Source: Octopus vulgaris (lineage: Eukaryota). From it: a stretch of 64,000 nt of DNA. The notes under the pieces are model-generated. The model ran no database searches and had not been told where the DNA came from. It saw only the letters and a list, made by a program, of their open reading frames with translations. Positions within the stretch are counted from its first letter, which is position 1. Every line of letters begins with the position of its first letter. The translations under genes and the position numbers were made by a program. This document shows positions 1 to 12,696 of this stretch, piece after piece. The stretch lies in contig OX597815.1 of the NCBI GenBank assembly GCA_951406725.2, forward strand, positions 88,040,001 to 88,104,000, given 5' to 3'.

Positions 1-59
1 TATATTTACCAGCATTAACATCATCATCTTCGTCGTCAATGACATCTTAGCCATTCCCT

Positions 60-245
60 TAATATCTCAGCCAACGAGGGAACCCTCGACCTATTAGATG
101 TAACAAACTAATCTCTCTCAAATCATAACCATCCGTCTTAAAAAGAGAGTGACATTGGATAACGTGTTCCCAGGGGGAAAGAAAAGAAAAATACATGACT
201 TTTGATTATAGGTCTATCGATAAAAGCTGACCTACAGCCAAATAT
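60..245 (-). mobile_element. Interspersed repeat family B (unclassified, SINE-like), copy retaining CpGs
   Basis: Similar by eye to copies at ~2020-2190(+), 3690-3850(-), 11090-11280(-), 23350-23540(+), 24180-24330(+), 29010-29220(+), 31320-31515(-), 59790-59950(+); shared blocks such as GACCTATGATCAAAGG-CATTCCAGC and GTGTGATTTGAGAGA...TTGCTATTTCTAGCAGG. Confidence 0.6.
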
Positions 246-339
246 TTTTTTAAGGTCTGTCTGGAGGAATCTTATTTATGTTTTAGAAGCTGCAATATTT
301 TCTTTTCGTGTTTCTAATACGAGATTTTAGGCATTCTTT

Positions 340-905
340 CTATATGTAAGAATGACAGATAAAATATCCATATCGAAAGAATGCCAGATTTTATTGTCGT
401 TAAAACGAATAGCAATAAATAAATAAACTGGTGTCGATCCCAGAGCAAATTATTCCTCTCGCAAAAACTGGCTTTATATTCTTAGATATAATAATGTGAG
501 GGCAAGACTTCCTTTTTTGTCAGTCTTTCCTCTCGGATGAAAACAGAAATAATATTAGAACATTGCTATACAGAAAAACTTCAATACAAATAGTGTGACG
601 AACAGAATGATTATTAAACTTTGTTTATCACACTTTATTTGTAATGCGATGCATAATATTGTTAATGTCATTAACTGCGGTATAGGACCACACAAAGTGT
701 GGGATAGAGCACTGTCAATTAAGGCTACTCCAGTACTTAGCTGGTCCTTATTTTGTCAAGCTCGATAGGATATTGTAAAGTGAAGGCCACACTCTTGCAG
801 GAAGAGTAACAGTCGATTAGGTCAACCCTAATAATTGATTACTACTTTATTTTATCGGTCCCGGAACGATGCAATACAAAGTTGACTTCAATCGGTATAA
901 AAGAT
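340..905. mobile_element. Fragments of SINE-like family C (both orientations)
   Basis: Core block GACTTTGCCTTTCATCC..GGGTCGATAAAATAAGTACCAG..CTGGGGTCGAT recognisable here and at 19250-19410, 25540-25690, 33530-33720, 40660-40840, 41520-41790, 41920-42300, 49380-49900. Confidence 0.55.
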
Positions 906-2559
906 TAAGGAGTTACAGAAATACAATTCACCCAATATACAACGTAGCTGTTATTGAGTCGTTAATTCTCTTAAGGCATAAACGTCACAACCTCTTATTT
1001 ACTCGACCCCTCAATCAAACGGGTAATTTGAAAGTTGTTGATTTATGAATATGTTTAGTATGGTTTCTTACATAGAAATGAATTTTAAAAATTTTGCTGT
1101 AGTTCAGATGGATAGGTTAAATGAGATTGAGAGACGTTCATGACTTGAATGAAAAGAAATAGCGAAACAAGCATGAATTACAAAATTAGTAGAATACAGA
1201 AACACAAAGTGAAAGGGGTACTAGTATCGCTTTTCCATGCAAACCACACCCAGAATGCCCTCCGAACTTAGAGTTGGGGAAGTATATGGAAATTGCTATG
1301 TAGGGTTTTTTTACTGCTCCCTCCCCGACTTTCCCCTGAAATACTATATATGCATAAGCACTAAACATGCGTGTACATACACGAAGTACAAGACACGTGT
1401 GCTGTAATCATAATAAACAAATAAATAAAAAGTATAATCCCCTATGATTTGGAGGGATAGAGGAAATGGGAGCAGCAATGCTTCTGCTTTTCTCAAGAGC
1501 CTCAAACGACATAAACGAAGGTTGGGAGTTGAAAAAGGATCGACTGATTCGGTCTGCTGAAAAATTAACTCGGAAATCACAGCCATCTTCCACAAACAAT
1601 GAAGAAATGAAATTGTGTGGCGTTCATGCTTTCTCAGTGGTATTACTGGTGCAAAAGAAACGAAATGGCTACAATTAGCAATCAAAAGTTTTCTTTCATT
1701 TGCTATTTTACAGTCACAGAAACCACGTTTCATCGCATTTAGAAATGTGATAGAATTTAATCTGTTCCCACCAGAATTAGAACCTCAATTAGTTGACATT
1801 GCCTTCTTAACACCCTCTGCTTTTTTCTTTTCTATAGAGTGTATTAGTCGATCGGCTGAAAATCAGTGTATTACTGGTATGTGTTTACATCGATTCTATG
1901 TAGAGGCCGAACCCCCCACCCTCATCCCTTCCCACAAGCATCGAACTTGAAGTTATAAATGAATAACCGAGCTCACTAAGAATGAGATGTTGCTTGAAGT
2001 AGTTTAGTTGACATTTATTTTGTTGCTGTTTCGCCTCAGTTCAGTTCGACGGAGCAGACTATGATGAAAAACCGTTCCAGCCTTGACATCCTGTATCTAG
2101 TGTTACATCACACAATGTATCTTTCCTTCAACACATCAGGTGTGGTTCGAGCATTTTTGGTTGCTATTTATGGCAGGCCGAACAACCTTAATTATGTGTA
2201 GCCGATATACGTATACAAAACTAGGGTCACACACACTCGGTTTTTCTGGAGACTTACTGCTGTACCAAAGCAGAGGTCACTATTATTATGCATCATTATG
2301 TAACTGATATCAGGCCATGTGCCTGTAGTAGAAAGGGTATGTATATTTGTGTGTGTGTAAATAAATATCTGTGTGTGTGCACGCGGGAGCGTGTGATGTA
2401 TATATTTATTGGCATTCTTTCGTTACAACTATCTCTCTGTAATATCAAAGCAACTTTGAGTTATTCAAATATAGTTGTCAACACAACCAAGGCGTGTAGA
2501 TTTGAAAGTCAGTATTGTATTGTATTTAATAGATTCATGTGTAATCAACTTGGTTCTAT

Positions 2560-3650
2560 CGACTGCTGACCTCTTCTCCATCACATACATACACGCATAT
2601 ACTCATTCTTGGTTGGTCTTCTCCCCTTCTAAATAAGTCTGTTTACTTTGCGAAGACACCTTCCAACGTCTGTCAAGTGGTGTTTTGTGACATTTCCTTT
2701 CGAGTTGTAAATGTAGCCCACTGTTTTTGTTGAACTCTTTAAGCCAGCACTTCTAGATATTTTTTCACTTTTCTGGTGCTGCTGCTCCCCCCTCCACTCT
2801 CTCTCTCTCTCTCCCATACTCTGTATGTGTGGGTATGTGTACACACACACACACACATGTATTATTACTCATACATGCTTGCTTACACAGCTACCGACGA
2901 CAGCCCTCTCATTCTTGATGTGCTTGCTCATATCTTAATTACAAACTTTTGTTTTTGGTCACCTCCTGCTTGTTCTGTGTCTGGATCAAAATAAATAAAT
3001 AAATGAAAAGAACCTATTAGCCGTAATGGTCAGCATACATATATGTAAATAATTACCCACACATTTTATCTTATTTTAATTACTCCTCTCCCTCATTCTC
3101 TTTTACTTGATATATGTATATATACATACTCACACGTATGTATGTATATAATTTCGTTGCTTGTCATTGCTTACATTAGATTTATAAACACTCCCTTACG
3201 TGTAAAAGCTACTGTTTCTGATGATTCGTTGGAATAACATTACTGTGTGTGTGTTTGTGCCAATTGAGAAACTTATACGGTAATTGAGATATCTAGATTA
3301 ATTAATAGTTTTTAAATGAAGATTCCTGGTCTTATTAACATTTCGATCGCAAAGCGTTCATCTGTTTTGCAAGTTAAAAGGTAAAGGATAGTTTAGGGTC
3401 TGAAGTAAAAAAAAAAATTGGAATTTTTCTTTTGTTTTTGTTTTTTAACTCGTCTTCTTCGTGTCACATCCTACAAATTTGCCTTTAAGAAAGTATCTAG
3501 TCTGAGTATAATGCTTGGGAAATAAAAAAAAAAATTCGAGGACATTCCATCGAACTGGGTACCCTGGACTACATTATGCAATGTGTATTGGTAGAAAAAG
3601 ATGAATTGTGATAAGGGAGATTTTGGCTTGAAACATATATGTCACGTTTG
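2560..3650 (+). promoter_or_regulatory. Putative promoter / first-exon region at the CpG-retaining to CpG-depleted boundary
   Basis: CpG frequent up to ~3650, rare after; (CT)n tract at ~2797-2813; candidate donor AAG|GTAAAG at 3380/3381. No transcript evidence. Confidence 0.3.
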
Positions 3651-5046
3651 GAACTTGGGGGTGTCATGTCAATGCTTTTTTTAAAATGAAAAGATAGTCA
3701 TGTCTGGAATGCTTTAAAAAAATGCAATAGTCACTTTTGGAATGCTTTTAAAAGGCAAAATTGTCGTGGTCAAAATATTTTTAAAAAACAGATTGGTCAT
3801 TATTAGAAAGCCTTGGAAGATGCATGTGTGTTCAGGATAAATTGAACCTGTTATTTTCAATTTTAGGCTCTAAACTATGGGGAACCTAATATCTTGAGAG
3901 AATCACTAGGTTGTTGCCAAGAATATGACATAAGCTAATCTAAAGACTTGTCTTTGGTGAGATGACAGTGCTATTAATATATATCAAATATACTTCTTTT
4001 AAGCATGATTATATTTAATGGGATTCATTAAATGACATTGCCAGTATTTAGACACTCAGTTTTGCTGGTCAGGAAATGTAGGTTCATGAAGGAAATTATT
4101 ACCAAACTACTTGAGTAAAAGTAGTCAGTTGAAAAAAGAAACTATGTGAAAACTAGATTCTTGTGGTATATTTGAACCCAGCTGGAATCTAATTCTACTT
4201 TTTGACCAATATTTACTAGCCATTATCGTACATTTTTACTGTACATTCTGTATTATACATTTCTAAACCCTGATGTATGTCAAGTTATTATAAGCACCAC
4301 ATTATATGAAGCTGTTTGAACAGAGGAAATAAAATAATTTTTGCTAATGTAATTTGACATTTTACTGTCTTCATGGTCTAAACATTAAGCCATTATTATA
4401 GTGAGATAAATAGAAGTTAATAAGTTACTGCAAAAAAAACAAAAACAAAACAATAAAAGAAATGAAAGAATATGCTGACAATTTGAAACCTGCCAAATAA
4501 TATTATCTGAGAGTTTAAATTAACTAATGGGTGGGATTTTTTTTTATATATTCAATATCTGAATAGATGTGAAATTGATTTAAGCTATTTGATGCTGACA
4601 AAATCCTATTATCAAAAGAAAAAAAAGAAAATTTTACTTACTGCTTTGATGTTCTTGTGCTTAACATGTTAGACATTTCAAATATTTTCCTAATCACTGA
4701 TTTTCATTTTTGACAAAGATTGAATGATGGGAGTTAATATTTATAACACTTGATAAAATTTTATAATGCCAAAACCTTTTGGCTACTGGCTTCAGTGATG
4801 TAATTTATTTATAAATAAGGAATGTATGTTTCCTGTCTGTTATATAAATATGCTCAATACATATTAATTTTTTTTTTTAAAGACTGATGTATCTTTAAAC
4901 TGAAGTTCCTTTCTTCTGGATAAACACAATTGTGAAATCCATCACTTTCCTTTAGTTCTTTGCTTCTTAGGATTAATAACTAGCCTTGTGATCCTCACAT
5001 ATCATGCTAGGCTTCTGATCCTTTGACAAAATGAGAATTAACCATA

Positions 5047-5560
5047 TCGTCATCATTGTCATTTAATATGTTTTCCCTGCTGACATAGATTAGCTGGTTT
5101 GATAGGATTTGGTGGGTCACAGGGCCATGTCAAGCTCCAGTGTCAGCTTTGGCATGGTTCCTATATCTGGATGCTCTTCTTAATGCAAACCACTTGTGTA
5201 CTGAGTGCCTTTTCTTGCCATCAGTACTAGTGAGGTTGCCAAGTAACTTGCAAGACAGAAAAAAAAACAGGCAGAAAGAAAGAAAAGAAAAAGCTCCCAC
5301 AACTAAGTGGAGGAGAAAGTATTTGAGAGGAGGAGGTTTTTTTATGCCAGCTGTTGAAAGGATAAAGTATGATTGAGGGTCAAACATAGGTGTCTTGCTA
5401 TTGAGGAGATACATAGCTATCCCACATTATACAGGGCTGCATGGGAGTTGATGAGAAGGAGATAAAAAATGTTAGTGATAGAGTGCCAGAGGAAACTCTT
5501 GAGGTAACAAGAAGGTGAGTATAAGAGAGGATTGAGACAGTGAATCAGGGAAGGAAAGGA
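5047..5560 (-). mobile_element. Degenerate RTE LINE 3' region
   Basis: Reverse complement matches the RTE 3' tail (CTGGATGC.CTTC.TAATGC.AACCAC; CAAGTAACTTGCAAGAC) seen in other copies. Confidence 0.6.
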
Positions 5561-5742
5561 AAGAGTGAATACTTTCATGAAATTGTGAGGGGAGAGTAAC
5601 AGATGGTTAAAGGTGAATGCGGTGAGTGATGACCATGGTTGGAAGTATGGCTGATGGGAAATATCAGTGTGGAGAGATAGAAATAGCTTGGGAATGATAG
5701 ATCAGAATGTAAGATGAGGCATAATGTGTAGAAGTGTTAAGG

Positions 5743-5970
5743 TTAACCCTTTATCATTTAAACCAACCATATCCAGCCAAAATATTCTACTTGTTTAAAG
5801 CTCAAACTGGCCAAATCCAGTCTCTTGAACCTACCCTACAATGTCATACTGAAAGCCAGCAATCACATCATTGAAATCTCAGAGTTATGAGATAATGCAT
5901 GACTAATTCAAAAGAATGTGAATAAATAAGCATTACATTTAACAGAGTAATCTGAATACTAAAGGGTTAA
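5743..5970. mobile_element. TTAA-flanked MITE (piggyBac-like)
   Basis: TTAA-CCCTTTA...TAAAGGG-TTAA termini; homologous copies at 19836-20053 and 49082-49309. Confidence 0.8.
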
Positions 5971-6817
5971 GTATGGCAATTAGGAGAAAAATAGAAGTTA
6001 GGTAACATTATTTTCTCGCTGAGCAATTAAAGGAGACAACTTAAAATGTTTCTGTCTTCTTAACCCTTGTCAACAAAAAGTATAATCTTTTTCTCTTGCT
6101 TATATAGTTCATAGGTGGTTGTGGGTATAATTCTTGTATAAATGGTCAAATTTTATTCCCATGCCAATCCATTCCTAAGTTAAATTTATAGTGATGTTGA
6201 AATTAATATAGTCAGGATTGTAAATATATAGTTGTTAACTGCAATCTTCTTGATTGTGGTTGTAACCTAGATAACTTAGATTGGTTTTTGGCCATTATCA
6301 GCCCAGGCCATGACTAACTCAATGGCATCACCTGGAAAAGTCTTTTAATTAATTATTTCAGGATACCATAAATTGTTTCAGTTATTTCAGTTTTTAGAAA
6401 AGTAATTTATGGAATCCAAAATGCTATCAAAGGAAGAATTTATTTGTGATAAGAATGCAATTAATACCACTTAATTATGCGTGTTTGTGTATGTGTAGCT
6501 ACACTACTGAAGAGATGTGAAGTGATAGTGAATGGTTGTAGTAATAAATGAATGATATTAGACATTAGAAATAGCAATTTGAGAAAGTGAAGATCAACAG
6601 ATCCACTGATGAATTTCAAGATACATATCATTTGTCAAATGACAATGTTGCTAGTTACACTTCAGAGCATTTGCCATTCTGTCTTCTTAGAATCTGGCAC
6701 TATAAGTTGCTTTTGCTACTTTGTCTCCCAATAAGTGATAGCTTTGCTATTCAAGTACTGATTGGTATGTGAAATCATCATCATCTTATTCTCCTACATA
6801 TTTTATTAAAAATTATA

Positions 6818-6995
6818 TAGGCACAAGCATGGCTGTGTGGTTACAGAAATTCATTTTGCAGCCATATGGTTTCAGGTTCAAGCCCACTGCACTGCACCTT
6901 GGTAAAGTGTCTTCTATTGGTAAACCAATTTCTTGTAAGTCTATCAAATAGACGTAATCTATAAGAAACAAGTCATATATGTGTGTATGTATGTG
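6818..6995 (+). mobile_element. Degenerate 5' part of tRNA-derived SINE family A
   Basis: GGCACAAGCATGGCTGTGTGG...GGTTCAAGCCCACTGC...CTTGGTAAAGTGTCTTCT matches head of the copy at 8616. Confidence 0.7.
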
Positions 6996-7024
6996 GATTC
7001 CCCCTTCCCTTAAAATTTGTGTGC

Positions 7025-7335
7025 TATGGCTTAGTGGTTAGAGTGTAGTGAATTCAATTCCCAGACTAGGCTGTGTGTTGTGTTCTTGAGCAAGGTACTT
7101 TATTTCATGTTGCTCCAATTCACTCAGCTGTAGAAATGAGTTGTGATGCCACTGGTGCCAAGCTGTATCAGCCTTTGCTTTTCCCCTAGATAACATCGGT
7201 GGCATGGAGAGGGGAGGCTGGTATGCATGGTGACGGTTTTCCATTAAAAAAAAAACCTTGCCCAGACTTGTGCCTCAGAGGGTAACTTTCTAGGTGCAAT
7301 CCCATGGTCATTCATGACTGAAAGGGGTTTTTACT
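7025..7335 (+). mobile_element. tRNA-headed SINE family D
   Basis: Colinear with 60791-61142 (GTGTTCTTGAGCAAG..ACTTTATTTCA..TTGCTCCA.TTCACTCA.CTGTAGAAAT; GTGCAATCCCATGGTCATTCATGA). Confidence 0.8.
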
Positions 7336-7842
7336 GTTTGTAAACAAAATCACCATTCATATAAGTAGTATCCTAAAGGCATGTCCAGCTATTGAGCTGT
7401 TCCATTATTCAAAGGACTAATAAAAATATAACTTTGCTTGGAAAGAAGTTAGAATTGATGACAGCAAGAATATCTCACCATGGAAAATCTGTCTCAGCAA
7501 GTTTTCTCTGATGCATGCAAGTATGGAAGAGTGGACATGAAAACAATGGTGATGTTTTATATATGTATAAATATCTATTGTTATCCTTGGTGATGGTAAT
7601 TTTTTTTTCTTTGCATGATTAAACACACTATTTATTTGATCTTCACTTTAGTTTTTATTTGTATTATTTTTAGTTTGTCTGTCAAAGTTCTTTCATCACA
7701 CATTTTGTGACCTCATCAGTGACCCTCTGTCCCATGTGTCTCCTCCATTTTTCACATCAAGAATCTTGAAAAACAAATACATAAACGTTTATATATATAT
7801 TTATTGGCTAAACTGGCAAAATGACCATTCCGAAATATAACA

Positions 7843-7847
<5 letters not shown>

Positions 7848-7897
<50 letters not shown>
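7848..7897. repeat. (TA)n microsatellite
   Basis: Direct reading. Other long (TA)n tracts at ~17656, 19194, 24763, 26843, 27159, 35118, 37530, 43039, 44167, 44368, 47538, 61798. Confidence 0.95.
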
Positions 7898-7900
<3 letters not shown>

Positions 7901-8615
7901 CCATATAATCTTTAACTTTTATGAAAACAGGAAAAAAAAAAATAGTAGGCATGTGTATGGCTTAGAGGAAGAACTACAGTGCCTATGACTTTTGTTCAAG
8001 GCCTCTCAGACTGCTGCAGGGAAGTTAGCCTCAAACCTGAAATCTGAGCTGAATGCTTGCAACTGACTAGACTTTGCTAAAGGCACCCAAAGGCCCAGTG
8101 GTGATGATATTAAACCATGTAAGGATTAATTTTTTACCACCCAGTGAGTTTTTTTGTTTCATATATGCCAGAGAACTCTCATTGGCTTATATGAGATGTA
8201 ATGTCTAGTTGAAAATTACAATGTCTAATAAAACTTGTAATAATAGTTGTAGAGCTTATTGAGAACTATGACAATCACCTAGCAATGGCTGAAAGATTGT
8301 TACTTTAATGTTGAAAGATAAATTAGTTTATACTTTAGAACCTTGGCGTTTTAATTTTTCTTAATTTTTTTGCTATGGATCAATCAGAGAAGAATGAGTA
8401 ACATCTATGATCATTCTCAGGGCTTTCAAGACTAGTGGGAGGAAAGTATCCTCAAATAAGTCAAATTGGCATGACTGCTGAGATGACTCTGCTAAAGGCA
8501 CACAAGGGTTGGGTGGTGCTCTTAAACTGGGTAACAGATTGTCTGCCACTTATAAAACAGTAATGCTCCTCCCAACAGGGTTCAACAGAGATTTCTTTCA
8601 AATTCCATTCAAATA

Positions 8616-9035
8616 GGCGCAGGAGTGGCTGTGTGGCAAGTAGCTTGCTAACCAACCACATGGTTCCGGGTTCAGTCCCACTGCATGGCATCTTGGGCAA
8701 GTGTCTTCTGCTATAGCCCCGGGCCGACCAAAGCCTTGTGAGTGGATTTGGTAGACGGAAACTGAAAGAAGCCTGTCGTATATATGTATATATATATATG
8801 AGTGTGTGTGTTTGTGTGTCTGTCTTTGTCTCCCTAGCATTGCTTGACAACCGATGCTGGTGTGTTTGCGTCCCCATCACTTAGCGGTTCGGCAAAAGAG
8901 ACCGATAGAATAAGTACTGGGCTTACAAAGAATAAGTCCCGGGGTCGATTTGCTCGACTAAAGGCGGTGCTCCAGCATGGCCGCAGTCAAATGACTGAAA
9001 CAAGTAAAAGTAAAAGAAAAATAAAAGAAAAAGAA
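8616..9035 (+). mobile_element. Full-length young tRNA-derived SINE family A (CORE-like, resembles octopus SINEs)
   Basis: Pol III A box TGGCTGTGTGG (8626-8636), B box GGTTCAGTCCC (8669-8679), CORE-like CTTGGGCAAGT, internal (TA)/(TG) tract, A-rich TAAAAG tail; CpGs intact. Confidence 0.9.
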
Positions 9036-9919
9036 CAATGATGAAAAGTGTTACATAGAAAGATTGAACCTGAAACCACATGGTTGCAAATTGGACATCT
9101 CAAACACATAGCCATACCTACACCCTTACACACACACACATATACACACACACGCACACCCTCAGTAATAATAAGGAATTTTCTTAAAAGACTAATTATT
9201 TTTGGTACACAGTTTTGCATCCATTATTCTCTAATTGCATTAGATTAGTTGGTTTTGCATATAAATTTTATATGAATGGTTGAGACCAGATATTTACTAT
9301 TTGATTGTTTCCCAATTACTCACTTCTAATTAATAGAACATCTATACTGTTATTGTGTTTCCCTAGAGTGTCTTCATGCTGACCTTTCTACAAAATCATG
9401 AATTCTAAGATTATTTTGTGTATTAGCAACCTCTTAAGAAATGCAACTGGGAGTTTAAAACTGGCTTGTGGTTTTGGTTCCCCAATATCTGAGAATATTG
9501 CTGCCTCTCTATAGAACAATATGTGTTGCACCTGTTTCATTTCAGTTATAGTTAACAAAGACATACAGAATAGCATTGCTTTGTATCGCAATATAATACC
9601 TGTGATCGTATTTTTATCAGTATTCTGTCTAAAATAAATGTATTAAAGTTAGAAACAATAAATGAAGCTTAATGGCTTTCAGATAAGTTTCATCATCGTA
9701 TTCAATTTTATCTCTGCTAGCATGAGTGCTTTGATGTTTTTAACTTTAGATATTTACATTTAAATTGCTGGAAAAAGTTGACTTTGTTACTGTTTCAGAT
9801 CAGTAACCATTGAATTAGGAAGCAGGCCTTCTTTTAAACCTGGCAAATAGCTTTAATTAAATTCCTATGAAAAGGAGCACATTACAATGGTTAGTGCAAA
9901 GTTTCACTATGGGCTAGTA

Positions 9920-10071
9920 CAGTGATTCCCAACCCTTTTATTTAAACAAGTTTTCCCATGGACCCCTTTTGATATGCTTATCCTTATGTGTGTGTGTATA
10001 TATGAAATTTCAAATTTAGTTCACAAACCCCCCCAGTACTACCTTTGTGGACCCCAAGTTGGGAACCACTG
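9920..10071. mobile_element. hAT (Charlie/MER5-like) MITE
   Basis: TIRs CAGTGATTCCCAAC / GTTGGGAACCACTG; both flanks contain a CTAG core (degenerate TSD). Confidence 0.75.
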
Positions 10072-11619
10072 TCTAGCACCTTAACTTCACAGACTCAATA
10101 CTGAATCAACAACTGTCCAAATTCCATTGCATGTTCATGTTCTTCTACAAACCTACAATAAAATAGATTATTTCAGGCTGATGAAAAATACTAGAAATAA
10201 GTTCCTCTATACTCTCACTATTTCTGTCTCTCTTTTTCTGTCTCTGTCTCTCCACTGTGTGTATGTGTGTCATTATAGTAGTCATTATATCCAGCAGTAG
10301 TGTGAAAAATCTACCAATTAGTATAGTGTCATTTGGTGAATGATATTGACAGTAAATATCTAGGACAATAAAGATGGTTAAAACTGCAACACTCTAGATT
10401 TGATGATTTACTGGAAAATAGGATTTACTACAAAAGAGAGTTTATTCTTAACTTCTGGTGACCATGTGGAGGTATTTGCTCCAGTGCATTGAGAGTTTCT
10501 CTTGTATGTAAGTAAAAAAAAAATTGGGTGTAAGTAAAAGAGTGCATATTAAGATGCGATAGATATTGAATATAGATGCATCTTAATACAAATAACAAAT
10601 CCAGCTCTGAAACTCCTGTTAGAATTTGTGCATTAATGATCAGTTTTAAACCCCTTTAATTATGATTGTCATGAAAGGTCAAGTAAATATTGGTCCTTAG
10701 GATCAATACTGGCCTTAAGGATTATGGTAAAGAATGAAAACACTGATAACTTGTTCTTAAGATTCCTTACATGGAATAAATGTTTTTAATTAAATGTATA
10801 GACCAGAATTCTTTGCTAGGTTTTTGTGACCAAAAAAGAGAGTGGTCAGCTTTCCAGGGGAACATCCAAAGAAATTCTGGATGATCTCAGCATTAACATT
10901 TAATTAGCACAAGATTGGGAAGAATTGAGAAGTCAGATATAATCATGACAATTTTATCTCAATGATGTTTTTTTTATGTACAGCAGGAACAATAGACAAA
11001 AGAATTGTAGGTGGTTATTCAATAGCTCAATGATTTCAGCCCAAATAGCATCAAAATCAATTTTACCTAACAAAAGCCAGCAAGAGAACCTTAAATGTTA
11101 TTACTTGGCCTGAGAGATGTAGCAGTCAAATATTCCTTAAATTGCATCCTATGTCTTTAAAAAATGCAAAACACATAGGTTGATAATGTAATCTTAGATA
11201 CATTATAACTCAAAGGAAGACTAAAAAGATTGAATGTTCAAAAGACTAATATCTTTGAAGATCAGTTTGCTTAAAGAAAAGTATTTTATCTTTAATGTAT
11301 ATGACTTAGCAAGAAATGTTCTGTTTGTGTAAGAAATGTTATGTAAATGTCAGACAGAAAGAGAGATTATACCCTAGTATACATTGGGGTTGCAGTATAT
11401 GGTCTTCATTTCAACCAAATATGACTATGTAAATCTCATTATACAATTGCCATTGATGTCATTAGTGGATTCAACATCTTGAATGTTAAATCCCAAACTG
11501 CACAGGTATTTCAGATATTAATAGAGGTACATTCAGTACCTCTATTAATACCACCAAGTATCTTCATTTTAATATTCAATATTATATACTAAGACAAACT
11601 ATTAATAACTATTTGATTA

Positions 11620-12295
11620 TATCATCCTAAGATTTACTGTGATGGTTAAGCTAAAAAACTTACCATAAGGGGTGCAATTTAGAGTTGACCAATTGCATAA
11701 TCTGATATGGTCTTTACAAGCCAGAACTGAAGTCGGATACTATTCAGATGTCTTGAGCAAAACAGCTTTAAAAAACAACTGAAAGGATGGAACAATGTAT
11801 TTACTAACTGTGAAAGAGAACAAGAAAATGACCACTACTGACATTTTGAATAACATTTGAAAGAAATACCACATGCAAATTCATGTCACTACCATCAAAA
11901 ATCAGCTTAAGAAGTTTTGGTTACAAATCTTGTGATGAATATGTTGAAATATAATTTGTTAAGCTTTGATGGCTGAGTGTACATCCAACACCATGTAGGA
12001 AAATTTTACCAAGAGCACATTGTACTAACAGTTAAGCATGGTGGTAGCAATGTCATGGCATGGTGTTGCATGTTTGAAAAAGGGCACCATCAACAACACA
12101 GCTTCCCTGGATACCTTTAAAAAAAAAGAAAAAGACTTCCATATGCCAAGAGTCATCTGGGCATGTTGTAGATTTTTCAACAAGAAAATGACCTAAAACA
12201 TAGTGATTGAATAATCAAGGAATTAATCAAAAGTAAAAACAAAAATGAGTACTGCAATGGGCAGCATAGGTCTCAGATTTAATTCCAATAGAATC
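11620..12295 (+). pseudogene. Decayed Tc1-family transposase
   Basis: Translated remnants TVKHGGSNVMAWCC (~12028), FQQENDLKH (~12175), LQWAA*VSDLIPIE (~12252) match Tc1 motifs KHGGG..MVWG, FQQDNDPKH and WPxQSPDLNPIE; stops and frameshifts. Confidence 0.8.
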
Positions 12296-12349
12296 ATCAT
12301 CATCATCATCATCATTTAACATCTGTTGTCCTTGCTTCCTATATGTTTT

Positions 12350-12685
12350 TGGGTGCAGTGTCATTGTGGCACCTTGGGCTAGTGTCCTTTACAACAGCTT
12401 CAGACTGAGCCTTGTGAGTGGATTTGGTATAGAGAAGCTAAAAGAAGCCCATCATATGCATGTGTGTTTGTGTGATAGTTGTGTGTCATGGTCACGCAAG
12501 CAGTGCCTTTTTGTTTCCTATCTTCTGTAAAAACATCTCCAGCTATGGTGAAGTACTACCATGCTTGGAAACAGCTGGCAATGCGAAAGCCATTCAGCTG
12601 TAGAAAATCTGCCTCATTGAAATCCATCTGACTCATGCAAGTATGGAAAAATGGATGTTAAAACTATGATGATAATAATGATGAA
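12350..12685 (+). mobile_element. Old SINE A-related fragment ending in an RTE-type (GAT)n tail
   Basis: CACCTTGGGCTAGTGTC..CCTTGTGAGTGGATTTGGTA, then CATTCAGCTGTAGAAA..CATGCAAGTATGGAAAAATGGATGTTAAAA..TGATGAT. Confidence 0.6.
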
Positions 12686-12696
12686 TTAGGTAAATG

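Noticed and set aside
1344-1950. Cluster of overlapping ORFs (63-129 aa)
   Set aside because: Overlap on both strands, no recognisable motif, no supported splice structure.
8616-8690. tRNA gene
   Set aside because: A and B boxes are present but it is the head of a multicopy SINE with no convincing cloverleaf; same for 60791.
8461-8880. Conserved-looking protein (..RLPNPLTR..HLPKMPCSGTEPGTMW..) repeated at 24657 and 34733
   Set aside because: Antisense translation of SINE family A.
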